DNA of 32,684 bases from Clostridia bacterium. Lineage in GTDB: Bacteria > Bacillota > Clostridia > Oscillospirales > CAG-272. Every line of letters starts with the position of its first letter. The first letter of the stretch is position 1. Of the stretch, positions 16,468 to 25,783 are shown piece by piece. A model generated the notes under the pieces. The model ran no database searches and had not been told where the DNA came from. It was given only the letters and a program-made list of their open reading frames with translations. The translations under genes and the position numbers were made by a program. The stretch lies in the NCBI GenBank assembly GCA_017503325.1, contig JAFVTI010000051.1, positions 1-32,684 of the forward strand, in the 5' to 3' direction.

Positions 16468-17778
16468 TTATTTTCTCTTATATTCGGGCATGGATAAGGG
16501 CGCATCCTGCTCAAAGGTCGTTCCCCACGCGCGCGTAAACAATCCCACGCCCGCAATCAGGATCTCCTTGGTATAGCTGCGCTGCTCAAGTGCCATGCGC
16601 ACGTCGTAATGGCGTTCCTTCTGGTCATACAGCCATTGGTTGCAGGGATAGTACAGAATGGATGCCTGCACGGTCTCGTAAAACTCCAGCGGCACGTCCT
16701 CAACGCCGTGATGCGATACCTGGCAGACGTTGCTTTGCAAATACTCGCCGTACGTATCCATCATCCAGACCGCGCCCTCCTTGCCGGTATCTCCCGTGAA
16801 CAGCGCGCTGTAATCTTGTGTATAAATACGGGTCACAAGGCTGGAATTGTTGAAATAATTGTTGTGATTGCCTACCTTGAACAGATCGTCTGCAGCAAGC
16901 AGCACCTCCATTCTGAAATCGCCAAAGGCAAACTCCATGCCCGTGTGGGCATATACAAGCTTCGCACCCAGCTTGGCAACGTCGGCGTGGATCCCATTGT
17001 TGAAATAATCATCTCCGCCGATCTGCTTTGCCAGCGCGGACTCAATGGGCGCAAAGATCACGTACTCTACCTTGACGTCACTTGCATGTTTGTTGCAGAT
17101 ATAGGAGAATGCAGGATAGTGATCGTCGTGCGAGTGAGTCAGTACCCATGCGCGGATCAGAGGAGTTCCCTGCTCCCCGTGCAGCTCCCGAAGCTGCGCC
17201 AGCACCTTTTTGCCGCGCGGTGAATAAGAGCCGTCGTATACGATAAACGAGCCGTCCGGCAGCTGTACGATATAGCACATGCCGTTGACGTTGCTGCCGT
17301 CGCGCAGCTGCGTGATCGAAGGGGTAAAATCACCCTGCATAATCTCGGGCGAGGATGCGGGCGGCAGGGCTTCTCCTGCACTCTCGGAGAGCACGATGCA
17401 AAGCTCGCTGCTGTGCGCGATCCGATACACGTGTGCCATATCGGTGTCTCTGACGTAGGTAGCAAACAGATTGCCCGCCTTTTCGCTCTCGTTGTACAGC
17501 GTGTAGCCGGATTCCTCGTAGAAGGTGCAAACACCTGCAAATTGCTCGGCGGTCTTGTTCTTGTAGGTATAGAGAACGGACTCGTCCTGGCAAACGTATT
17601 CGTCGTCCGCCTTGCCAAAGCCCGCAGGGTCAAGCGCAGGCACGCGCGGCTCGGTCTCGGCCTCGGTGGAGACATCAACCACATCCTCCCCGCCGACCTT
17701 TCCGCAGGCGGCCATGGGAAGCAGCATAGCAAATAACAGCAACCAGACAAACAGCGTCAAGCATACGTTTCTTTTCAT
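16468..17778 (-). CDS. Secreted/lipoprotein MBL-fold metallo-hydrolase
   Basis: Signal peptide with lipobox (…LLPMAACGK). HxHxDH motif (LTHSHDDHY). RBS AAGGATG. Start trimmed from 17886. Confidence 0.6.
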   Translation of the reverse strand: MKRNVCLTLFVWLLLFAMLLPMAACGKVGGEDVVDVSTEAETEPRVPALDPAGFGKADDEYVCQDESVLYTYKNKTAEQFAGVCTFYEESGYTLYNESEKAGNLFATYVRDTDMAHVYRIAHSSELCIVLSESAGEALPPASSPEIMQGDFTPSITQLRDGSNVNGMCYIVQLPDGSFIVYDGSYSPRGKKVLAQLRELHGEQGTPLIRAWVLTHSHDDHYPAFSYICNKHASDVKVEYVIFAPIESALAKQIGGDDYFNNGIHADVAKLGAKLVYAHTGMEFAFGDFRMEVLLAADDLFKVGNHNNYFNNSSLVTRIYTQDYSALFTGDTGKEGAVWMMDTYGEYLQSNVCQVSHHGVEDVPLEFYETVQASILYYPCNQWLYDQKERHYDVRMALEQRSYTKEILIAGVGLFTRAWGTTFEQDAPLSMPEYKRK

Positions 17779-17792
17779 GATCTTACATCCTT

Positions 17793-18563
17793 TCAAAGTT
17801 CGATTTCTGCCAGAATTGCGAAGTGATCGGAATAGTAAAGGCCTTGCTTGTCCGCATCGTCGGGAATGATGCGGCAATCGGTGCAAGCACCCGACGCGAA
17901 AATATAGTCGATCTTGGAATACTTTTCGGGGTCTTTTCTGCCAAAATCATGGAACGTGCCGCCCAGCTCTGCCGTAACGTCACGCGCGCCGCGCGCCTCC
18001 ATGGCAGATTTGATGATGCCAATCTCGGGCTTATGCGGCTTTGCGTTCATGTCGCCCGTGAGAATGACGGGCTGCTTGTAAGCATCCAGCATGGCGCACA
18101 AAATAGCCGCCTCCAGCTGTCTTGCCACGGGGCCTTGGTGGTCAAGGTGTGTGTTGCAAAAGCAGATTTCCTTGCCTGCTTCATGGTGATACAGCACAGC
18201 CACGGTTGCCATACGCGGGCAAGCACTCTGGTCGCCGCCCAGATTCGAGCCCGGCACGCGCGGCGTACCCGTCAGCCAGAAGTTGTCCACGCTGCGCACG
18301 GCAAAGGCATGCTTGCGATACGCAATCGCCATAGATTCTCCGCGGCAGTCCTTTTCCCTGCCGCAGCCCACAAACGCATAATCGGGCATGTGCTGCTCCA
18401 GATATGCGCGCATATGATGCGTGCACTCCTGAAAGCCGATGATATCCGGCCCTGTGCGCTCCAGCATGCCGATCACGCGGTCATGGCGGTTGGTAAAGCT
18501 GTTTACGCCGTCGCCCGTGTTGTCCACGCGCAGATTATAGGTCATTACCTTGATGCTTGCCAT
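17793..18563 (-). CDS. Endonuclease/exonuclease/phosphatase (EEP) family protein
   Basis: MTYNLR… N-terminus and the conserved D/H/N residues of the EEP fold (…GDMNAKP…YSDHF…). Confidence 0.65.
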   Translation of the reverse strand: MASIKVMTYNLRVDNTGDGVNSFTNRHDRVIGMLERTGPDIIGFQECTHHMRAYLEQHMPDYAFVGCGREKDCRGESMAIAYRKHAFAVRSVDNFWLTGTPRVPGSNLGGDQSACPRMATVAVLYHHEAGKEICFCNTHLDHQGPVARQLEAAILCAMLDAYKQPVILTGDMNAKPHKPEIGIIKSAMEARGARDVTAELGGTFHDFGRKDPEKYSKIDYIFASGACTDCRIIPDDADKQGLYYSDHFAILAEIEL

Positions 18564-18589
18564 GTTTCGCTCTCCTTATTTTTTATTTT

Positions 18590-19990
18590 TCAGTTCAGTT
18601 TCAAATGCTCAAACAAGCGGTATACGTCGCCCGCACCCATGATCACCACCACGTCGCGCTCACTTACTTCATCCTGCAGCATGGCCGCGATCTTGTCGTA
18701 ATCCGGCACATATCGCGCGTGCGAGCCGATCCTGGAAGCCAGCTTTGCCGAGCTTATGCCCTTGCTGTCCTTTTCTCTGGCGGCGTAAATGTCTACCAAG
18801 ATCACGCGATCCGCTGCGGCAAACGCCTTGACAAAGGCATCCGCCAATTGTGCGGTGCGGCTGTACGTATGCGGCTGGAACACGCAGAACACGCGCTCAA
18901 AGCCCATCTGTCCCATGCCCTGCAGGGTTGCCGCCACCTCGGTGGGGTGATGTCCGTAATCGTCGTACACAGGTGCGCCGTTCAGTCGTCCCTTGTATTC
19001 CATGCGTCGGCCCGCACCGCCAAAGGCGTGCAGTCCGTGGGCGATATCCTCCGAGCAAATGCCGCACAGGTGTGCGCACGCGGCTGCTGCCAATGCGTTA
19101 TATACGTTATGCTTGCCCGGAACGGACAGCGCAATATGCGAGAAAAACTCACCGTCCAGCAAAATGTCAAACGCGGGATAGCCGCCCTCGTAGGTCAGGT
19201 TGATCGCGCGGAAGGTGGCGTATTCGTTCTCAATGCCAAACGTGACAATCCCGCCCAGATACTGCTCAACCGAAGCCATGACCTCGGAGTCGTCGCAATT
19301 GACCACGGCAAAGCCGCTCTCCCCCGTCAGATCGGCATACTTGCCAAACGAGGTGCGGATCTGCTCCATGCTCTTGAAATAATCCACGTGCTCCATCTCC
19401 ACGTTGAGAATGACCGCAATACCGGGATTGAAATCCAGGAAGGAATCCATATATTCGCAGGCCTCGAAAATAAAATTCTGCTTGCCGCCAATGCGGTATG
19501 CACCGCCAAGGCAGGCCGTAGTCGCACCCGAGAGCACGGTGGGGTCAGCGCCCGCATCCACAAAGATCTGTGCACACATCGAGGTGCAGGTGCTCTTACC
19601 GTGCATGCCCGCAATGCCCACGCGGTGCACGTATCCCATCATGATATAGCCAAGGTAATCCGCGCGGGACACGCACGGGATCCCCTCTTTTCCCGCATAA
19701 GCGTATTCGGGGTTTTCGGGTGAGATGGCAACGGTATATACCACCATGTCAGCACCCTCGGCAGCCGCTGCGTCATGCTCGTACAGCACGCGGATGCCTG
19801 CGGCCTCCAGGGACTCGGTCACGGCGGTGCGCGAACGGTCGGTTCCGCTGACCGAGTATCCGCGCTGATGCGTGATCAGCGCAAGCGAGGACATCATCAC
19901 GCCGCCCACACCGATAAAATGAATATGCTTTGCGCCGTCGATCATCTTGGCGATGGCCGCAGCGCCGTAATGCGTATTGGGAGTTGCCAT
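18590..19990 (-). CDS. murC: UDP-N-acetylmuramate--L-alanine ligase
   Basis: IHFIGVGGVMMSSLA N-terminus, the Mur-ligase ATP site GMHGKSTCTSM and a C-terminal domain. RBS AAGGAG. The likely start is M9 of the track ORF. Confidence 0.85.
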   Translation of the reverse strand: MATPNTHYGAAAIAKMIDGAKHIHFIGVGGVMMSSLALITHQRGYSVSGTDRSRTAVTESLEAAGIRVLYEHDAAAAEGADMVVYTVAISPENPEYAYAGKEGIPCVSRADYLGYIMMGYVHRVGIAGMHGKSTCTSMCAQIFVDAGADPTVLSGATTACLGGAYRIGGKQNFIFEACEYMDSFLDFNPGIAVILNVEMEHVDYFKSMEQIRTSFGKYADLTGESGFAVVNCDDSEVMASVEQYLGGIVTFGIENEYATFRAINLTYEGGYPAFDILLDGEFFSHIALSVPGKHNVYNALAAAACAHLCGICSEDIAHGLHAFGGAGRRMEYKGRLNGAPVYDDYGHHPTEVAATLQGMGQMGFERVFCVFQPHTYSRTAQLADAFVKAFAAADRVILVDIYAAREKDSKGISSAKLASRIGSHARYVPDYDKIAAMLQDEVSERDVVVIMGAGDVYRLFEHLKLN

Positions 19991-20180
19991 ATTATCTCCT
20001 TGTATAATACTCAAAAAAATAATTTATTCACAAAAAAACGGACAAGTTCACAAAAAATACCGATTGCGATTGAATAATGATCACATTACGGCTTTATACT
20101 GGTATATGCAGTATTATCTTTTTTAGAATGACGTTTCGATCTTCCTATGCTGTAACTTTATGAAGACGGAGGTCTGATTT

Positions 20181-20477
20181 ATGCAGATCACAGATATCAA
20201 GATCAGAAAGCTTTTTGATGAAGGCCCGATGAAGGCCATCGCTTCCATCACCTTTGATCATCAGCTGGCTGTACATGACGTAAAGGTCATTTATGCGCGC
20301 GAGAAGTACTTCATCGTAATGCCCAGCCGCAAGAACCCCGACGAGACCTACAGAGATATCGCTCACCCCATCAATGCGCAGTTCCGCGCTACGCTGGAGA
20401 ACGCTGTGGTCGAGGCTTATTTCAAGGAGCTTGAGCTGGCAGCACAGGCACCCGCAGAGGAGCCCGTTGCATTCTGA
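20181..20477 (+). CDS. spoVG: Septation/sporulation regulator SpoVG
   Basis: MQITDIKIRK…GPMKAIASITFD…VHDVKVI…FIVMPSRK…DIAHPIN is near-invariant SpoVG sequence. Confidence 0.9.
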   Translation: MQITDIKIRKLFDEGPMKAIASITFDHQLAVHDVKVIYAREKYFIVMPSRKNPDETYRDIAHPINAQFRATLENAVVEAYFKELELAAQAPAEEPVAF

Positions 20478-20498
20478 GTAGGGCTTAACGCAAGAGAG

Positions 20499-20526
20499 GA
20501 ACTCCCCACGGGAGTTCTTTTTTTGT
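20499..20526 (+). terminator. spoVG intrinsic terminator
   Basis: GAACTCCCcacGGGAGTTCTTTTTTTG. Confidence 0.65.
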
Positions 20527-20530
20527 TGCC

Positions 20531-21037
20531 TTACAGGTGGCCAAAGCCGAATAATACTCCCTCGTTGCGCACGCTCAGCGTACCGAAATGACCGTCGTGC
20601 AGGCTGCCCGGATTGCACACGAGCAGCGGCTTTTGCAGCTCGTGCAGGCCGACGCGCGTGCCCGCATCCAGCCACTCCTGCCTTTGCACATGCGTGTGCC
20701 CATACAAAAGCACGTCCGCCCCTGCCTCGGCCGCAAACGCAAGGGCGCGCTGCATACCGCCCTTGACGCCGTGGGTATGCCCGTGCATCATCAGGATGCG
20801 GTAAGCACCCACCTCAAGCAAAGCATGCTCGGGCACTCTCTGCCCTTCAAACGTACAAGAAAAATCGCAATTGCCGCGCACGCACCGCACGCTCAGGTCC
20901 TGATATTCCAACACGCGCAGATCGTGCAGCCCGTCGCCCAAAAACAGCACGGCATCGGGGACGCGCAGCTGCCTTTGCATGGCCAGATCCACAAGGTCGG
21001 CTCTGCCGTGGGAATCCGAAATTACCAAATATTCCAT
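20531..21037 (-). CDS. YfcE-family metallophosphoesterase
   Basis: MEYLVISDSHG…LGDG…MHGHTHG…GHTH motifs. The ORF-track N-terminal extension is rejected. Coupled to the upstream dagK-like gene. Confidence 0.65.
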   Translation of the reverse strand: MEYLVISDSHGRADLVDLAMQRQLRVPDAVLFLGDGLHDLRVLEYQDLSVRCVRGNCDFSCTFEGQRVPEHALLEVGAYRILMMHGHTHGVKGGMQRALAFAAEAGADVLLYGHTHVQRQEWLDAGTRVGLHELQKPLLVCNPGSLHDGHFGTLSVRNEGVLFGFGHL

Positions 21038-21038
21038 A

Positions 21039-22007
21039 TCAATAAACGCCTGCGGGAAGCACCTTAGCCTCGGGCTTATAATGGACACCGCGCGGGAGCA
21101 CAAAGCGCAAAGCGTTACGCGCAACAGAGATCTCCAGCTCGTCCACCTCGTCAATCTCACCGTCCACGCAGATGCTTTGCGTGGCGTCAAACGAATAGCG
21201 AATGCGCTCGCACTTGACGTAATCAATGACTTTCCTTGCCTTTTTGTTGTCAATAAACGTGCCCGTCTTATACAGCTTGACCAGCGTCAGAAAGCGGATT
21301 CTGGTCACGTTTTTGATCAGCAGTACGTCCATCACGCCGTCGTCAAGCAAGGCCAAGGGGGTGGAATGGAAGCCGCCGCCGCACCAGGAGCCGTTTGCCA
21401 CAGCCGTCAGCAGCATGCGTCTTTGCTGCTCCTCGCCGCCGTCCACAGACACGCGTGCCTTGACACCCGGCTTGCGAATCAGCGTGATCACAAGACCCGC
21501 GATATACGCCATGCCGCCCGGGATCAGCTTGCTTCTTTTGAGCTTGGCAGTCTGCTTGACCACCTCGCAGTCAAATCCGATATTGACCATATTGGTGCAA
21601 AGCTTACCGTTATATTGCAGCAGATCCAGCTCGGTGACCTCTCCCTCCAGCTGCGCTGCCACGTCCAAAAACGCCTCATTCCCCTCGAAATTGCGCACAA
21701 GATCGTTGCCCGTGCCCACGGGAATCACGCCAACCGCCGCATTGGCAAAGCCATACGCGCCGTTGACCGTTTCGCTGACCGTGCCGTCACCGCCGCAGGC
21801 ATAAAAGCGCAGCTCGGTGTCGGGATGCTGCAGGCAGCAGGAGCGCACGTATTCGGTCGTCTCACCGCAGCAGGTGGTCGTATGTATTTCATAGTCCACA
21901 TCCATCTTTTGGCAAACAAAGTCGATCTGCTCGCACAGCCCGGCCTGCTTTTCTCCCTTTCCCGCAGCGGGATTGACGATAAAGACGTGTTTTACGTTCT
22001 GATTCAT
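21039..22007 (-). CDS. Diacylglycerol-kinase-family lipid kinase (YegS/BmrU-like)
   Basis: VFIVNPAAGKG … ACGGDGTVSE … PVGTGNDL catalytic-domain motifs. The start is set at MNQNV with RBS AAGGAAAAGGA. Confidence 0.7.
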   Translation of the reverse strand: MNQNVKHVFIVNPAAGKGEKQAGLCEQIDFVCQKMDVDYEIHTTTCCGETTEYVRSCCLQHPDTELRFYACGGDGTVSETVNGAYGFANAAVGVIPVGTGNDLVRNFEGNEAFLDVAAQLEGEVTELDLLQYNGKLCTNMVNIGFDCEVVKQTAKLKRSKLIPGGMAYIAGLVITLIRKPGVKARVSVDGGEEQQRRMLLTAVANGSWCGGGFHSTPLALLDDGVMDVLLIKNVTRIRFLTLVKLYKTGTFIDNKKARKVIDYVKCERIRYSFDATQSICVDGEIDEVDELEISVARNALRFVLPRGVHYKPEAKVLPAGVY

Positions 22008-22151
22008 AATCCTTTTCCTTTTGGTTGAATTTGATACACTCAATCAGTTTATTATACCATACTTTTTCCCGATTTGTCTACGGTTTTCACAGAATTTTCA
22101 TCTGCATCATACCCTATTAAAGCAAAGCCGAACATGAAAAGGAGGATGAAC

Positions 22152-22385
22152 ATGACACTCGACCGTAACGCAGTAAACAAGCTGCTTGCCCTGAACGACA
22201 AGCAGCTTGCCATCGTGATCAAAAAGTTGGCAGGCGAGGCAGGGATCGATGCTTCGGCCATACAAATCAACGCTGCCAACATAGCAGCCATCCGCGCAGC
22301 GCTTTCCATGGCCACCGACGAGGATCTTGCCCGCGCTGCCGAGCAGATTTCCAACATGCAAAAGGGTGGGCAGCACCATGGCTGA
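22152..22385 (+). CDS. Small hypothetical protein (78 aa)
   Basis: RBS AAAAGGAGGA. It is the first of three coupled small ORFs. Confidence 0.45.
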   Translation: MTLDRNAVNKLLALNDKQLAIVIKKLAGEAGIDASAIQINAANIAAIRAALSMATDEDLARAAEQISNMQKGGQHHG

Positions 22386-22710
22386 GGGACGGGACATTCT
22401 GTCCGGCCTTTTGGATGACCCTGAGGTGCAGGCGGCGGCAGATGAGCAAAGCCCCGAGCCCGCAAGCGTGCCCGTTGGTGCAGATGCGGGTCTATTTGGC
22501 GCGATTCCGCCCGAGCTGCTTACCAAGCTGCCTGCACTCATGTCGGCCCTTGGTCCCATAGCCAAGGGGACGGAAGGCAAGGACTGTAAGGATGACAAGA
22601 CCGCGCTGCTGCTCGCGCTCAAGCCCTATATGAGCCCCGGGCGGTGCGATGCGATCGATAAGCTGATCATGCTTGGTCGCCTTGGTGAGATCATGCGGCA
22701 GCTACGCTGA
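22378..22710 (+). CDS. Small hypothetical protein (110 aa)
   Basis: ATGGCTGA start/stop overlap with the upstream ORF. Confidence 0.4.
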   Translation: MAEGRDILSGLLDDPEVQAAADEQSPEPASVPVGADAGLFGAIPPELLTKLPALMSALGPIAKGTEGKDCKDDKTALLLALKPYMSPGRCDAIDKLIMLGRLGEIMRQLR

Positions 22711-22728
22711 TATCGTATGGAGGTGAAT

Positions 22729-23073
22729 ATGTACGTAAAACCGTCACGCAGGCAGCTTCACACCGGGTTTGTTCCCGACAATTACAACGGCACCGCCTTC
22801 TCAGAGCCGCAGGACGAGCAACAAGCCCTCGACCCGCCGTCCCAAGCACCCGAGCCCGAAAGCGAGCCCCTTTCCCTGCCCGCCTCTGCCGTATCCGAAA
22901 AAGCCGAGGAAAAGGGCCTGCTCTCCTCGCTGTTTTCGGGCTTTGGAGGCTTGCGCTCGGACGACCTTTTGCTGCTGGCGCTCATTTTGCTCATGTCTCG
23001 CGGCGGCGACGAGGGCAAGCACGCCTCGTCAGAGATCCTGCCCCTGCTCGCGCTGCTGTTATTCATGGGGTAG
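22729..23073 (+). CDS. Small hypothetical protein with a Pro/Glu-rich linker and a C-terminal hydrophobic segment (114 aa)
   Basis: RBS GGAGGTG. Predicted C-terminal transmembrane helices. Confidence 0.4.
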   Translation: MYVKPSRRQLHTGFVPDNYNGTAFSEPQDEQQALDPPSQAPEPESEPLSLPASAVSEKAEEKGLLSSLFSGFGGLRSDDLLLLALILLMSRGGDEGKHASSEILPLLALLLFMG

Positions 23074-23085
23074 GATAAGAAAAAA

Positions 23086-23135
23086 ACTCTTGACACCCCC
23101 GCTTTGTCGGCAGGCGTGCCAAGAGTTTTCTTTTT
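23086..23135. terminator. Bidirectional terminator between convergent operons
   Basis: AAAAAAACTCTTG…CAAGAGTTTTCTTTTT. Confidence 0.5.
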
Positions 23136-24603
23136 ATGATCTTTTCACGTTGATCTTGACCAGGTTATCCACCAGCTCGTTGTCAATGACCTCGTTGGCG
23201 GCTTTTCCCGCGTAGCGCGCGGTCTGGTAAACCTCAAACAGCTGCTTTTCGTCGTCCTCGATTGCAATCTCGCGCCCGATCTCCCGGGGCGTTTGATGAT
23301 ACTTCATGCTGTACCCTTGCTTGATCTTGCGGATCATATAGTCCACAAAAATGAAGCGCACGCGCGCAGCGTTGTCGGGCAGCTCGTGCCACTTGCCCTC
23401 GTTACGCAGCTTTTTGGCCTTTTTGGCCTTGGTTTGCTTTTCTGTGTAGACAAAGCTCTTTTCGTCCTTGCCCTTGAGCCTTTGCTTGCCGATAGAAATG
23501 CCCACAAAGCCCAGCACGCGGTTGACTGCCTTGAGCACCGGCTTTGCCACGCGCTTGCCTACCTCCAGCACCTTGAGCGCAAGCTTACGCTTGAGCGAGG
23601 GGGAGAGCATGCGGATAAATTCAATGATGGCAAATACTGCGCCGCCCGCGACCATGAGAACGCTGATGCCTCTGATCTTGTCACCGTGCAGCACCAAAAA
23701 ATCGTTTGAGGGATCGATATTGTGCGCGGCAAAGAATGCAGAGCCCCAAAGACCGACGCCGCAGACGATCACGCCCACAATGCCCAAAATCAGTCGCTTT
23801 TTGTTGATGGTGTGCCAGATCTCACCAAAGTCCACGCCGCTGACGCTGTCCTCTGCCCTCGCGCGCTTTTTGCGCACGATCTGCGGGGCGTCGGGGACGT
23901 CACCCCCTACAGACGAGGATTTTTGGGCATCGGGAACGTCACCCCCTACGGATTTCTTTTGCTTTTTAGGTGCTTTGGGTGCGCTCGACTTGTATTTGGA
24001 GGCAGCCTTGCGTGCCTTTTGCGCAAGCGTTGCGCTATCCGAATACTCGGAGATCTGCTCAAAAATCTCGGCCGCCTCGATCAATTCGGGGCCCGATTGC
24101 GCCTTTTCGTAAAGCTCGTTGGCCGCTGCGTACGCACATTCGGCATAGTGCTTCTGATATCTCTCGGAAAGATCGCGGGAATCCTTGTATCCCTTGATCT
24201 TATTCATCTTGTAATACGCCTCACGCATATCCTGCCAGCGGCCCTCGCTCTGCTCGTACAGCGTGATCGCCTCGGCATAGCAAAGTGCGGTAGCCTTGGC
24301 CTTATAGGTGCGCGCCCACTCGCGCGCATCCATGTAGTCCGAGATCTGCGAGAGCACCTGCGCTGCCTCGAAATAATCGTCACTGCACAGATCGGGGCGG
24401 GAGGTAAAATCCTCGCGATATTCGCGGTACGCGCCCGCGGATGCCGCACGCACGCACTTGGTATAGTAGGCAGAGGCATCCTTAAAGGTATCCAGCTCGC
24501 GGAACTGCTTTGCAAGCTCCAAGAATTCGCGCCAGGTAGAGGTGCTTGCAAACCGATGCATCAGCTCTGTATACTGTTGATTCAGCTTTGCTTCATTCGA
24601 CAT
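23134..24603 (-). CDS. DUF4129-type membrane protein with N-terminal helical repeats and an internal tandem repeat
   Basis: C-terminal …TPREIGREIA… region, central transmembrane segments and a duplicated KSVGGDVPDAQ/SSVGGDVPDAP repeat. It is the third gene of the moxR operon. Confidence 0.5.
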   Translation of the reverse strand: MSNEAKLNQQYTELMHRFASTSTWREFLELAKQFRELDTFKDASAYYTKCVRAASAGAYREYREDFTSRPDLCSDDYFEAAQVLSQISDYMDAREWARTYKAKATALCYAEAITLYEQSEGRWQDMREAYYKMNKIKGYKDSRDLSERYQKHYAECAYAAANELYEKAQSGPELIEAAEIFEQISEYSDSATLAQKARKAASKYKSSAPKAPKKQKKSVGGDVPDAQKSSSVGGDVPDAPQIVRKKRARAEDSVSGVDFGEIWHTINKKRLILGIVGVIVCGVGLWGSAFFAAHNIDPSNDFLVLHGDKIRGISVLMVAGGAVFAIIEFIRMLSPSLKRKLALKVLEVGKRVAKPVLKAVNRVLGFVGISIGKQRLKGKDEKSFVYTEKQTKAKKAKKLRNEGKWHELPDNAARVRFIFVDYMIRKIKQGYSMKYHQTPREIGREIAIEDDEKQLFEVYQTARYAGKAANEVIDNELVDNLVKINVKRS

Positions 24604-25783
24604 CCCAAGCGTCCTCCCCTTCCAAAATGATCACCTGCACCGAGTTGCCAAGACGCTCCAGCGCGTCGGTCCTTGCCTGCACCTCGGGGTTTTCGGCAAA
24701 GGCCACGATCACGATCTCGGTATCCGCCATGCCCTCTGTGACCGCGTTCTCCAAAAGAGACGCGAACGAGCCGCCCTCGCGAGGCGTGATGCAGGCCATT
24801 TCCTTCAAGATCTCCAGCATGTGCGCCTGACCGCTCTCGCAGGGGAATCGCAGCGACATCTCGCCGTTCTGCGACTTGCAGTTTGCGGCAAAGCCCACGC
24901 GAAAACCGCCAAAGGCAGCGTCTCTGACCAAGGCCGCGCAGAAGGAAAGCCCCTGCTCTCCGCGGCGGTTATATTCCGCGCCCTCCATGCTCTGCCCCAT
25001 GGGCAGGTGGAAGTCCATATAGATCATCATGCGTCGGCTGGCGCAAAACTCTCTGGAATTGACCTTGAAGGGCGAGGTGGACGCACCGCCAAACGGCACG
25101 CGCGCCGACGCCTTGAAGTTGATCTGCGAGATCTGATCGCCAAAGCGATAATCGCGAATGCCCGCAAAGGAAAAGGGATCCTGATAAAGCGGGCGGCGGC
25201 TGACGTAGTCGCCCTGTAGCCTTCCTTGCGCAAAATCCTGCATATCCAAGGGGATCGCCTTGGGGTACACGTAAATTTCCGCGGGCGCATCCTGTGCGAT
25301 CGGCCCGGTTTTGGAATAGATGGACGCAACGTGCAAGGAATAATGCCCTCTTTTTTTGCAAATAACCTTATGCCTGCGGCGGATCTGCATATACGGCCAC
25401 AGATTGAATCGGCTGATCAGATATTGCATCTTGTCCTTTTCCTCAGGGTCGCGCTCGTATTCCTCCAGCTCCAGCTCGTTGTAGAAATACGACTCGATAT
25501 CCACCCACAAAAGCGGAAACGCGCCCGTGTTGCGCACGGTTTCGATCAGCTCGACCTCGTCGCCCTCGTACACACCGACCTCGGAGAACGAGCGTGAATA
25601 CTCGATCCTTCCAAGCCGCTTGTTGCGCAGGGCGATATAAATGCGGTACAGCACAAGTGCCACCAGCGCAAGAGCAAGCAGCGAGACAAGCACGTAAAAC
25701 TCGGGGGTTTTTGCAAACTCCACGAGTCGGTCGGCCATGTCCGTGATGTACTCGGCAACGCCTTTTAATGCTTCAGCCGACAT
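24593..25783 (-). CDS. DUF58 domain protein
   Basis: N-terminal transmembrane segment plus the DUF58 core. Its start overlaps the MoxR stop codon (TAATG). This is the canonical partner of MoxR ATPases. Confidence 0.55.
   Translation of the reverse strand: MSAEALKGVAEYITDMADRLVEFAKTPEFYVLVSLLALALVALVLYRIYIALRNKRLGRIEYSRSFSEVGVYEGDEVELIETVRNTGAFPLLWVDIESYFYNELELEEYERDPEEKDKMQYLISRFNLWPYMQIRRRHKVICKKRGHYSLHVASIYSKTGPIAQDAPAEIYVYPKAIPLDMQDFAQGRLQGDYVSRRPLYQDPFSFAGIRDYRFGDQISQINFKASARVPFGGASTSPFKVNSREFCASRRMMIYMDFHLPMGQSMEGAEYNRRGEQGLSFCAALVRDAAFGGFRVGFAANCKSQNGEMSLRFPCESGQAHMLEILKEMACITPREGGSFASLLENAVTEGMADTEIVIVAFAENPEVQARTDALERLGNSVQVIILEGEDAWDVE

Noticed and set aside
16461-16556. N-terminal extension of the MmcQ ORF; similarly the 5' extensions of ORFs 16468-17886, 20531-21253, 21039-22043 and 7582-7902
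   Set aside because: The extensions are Arg/Pro-rich, lack an RBS and overlap neighbouring genes. Internal Met codons with good Shine-Dalgarno sequences give proteins of family-typical length.
20015-20180. A sigma-H promoter for spoVG
   Set aside because: AT-rich region with GAAT-like elements, but no convincing -35/-10 pair at correct spacing could be defined by eye, so it is left unannotated.
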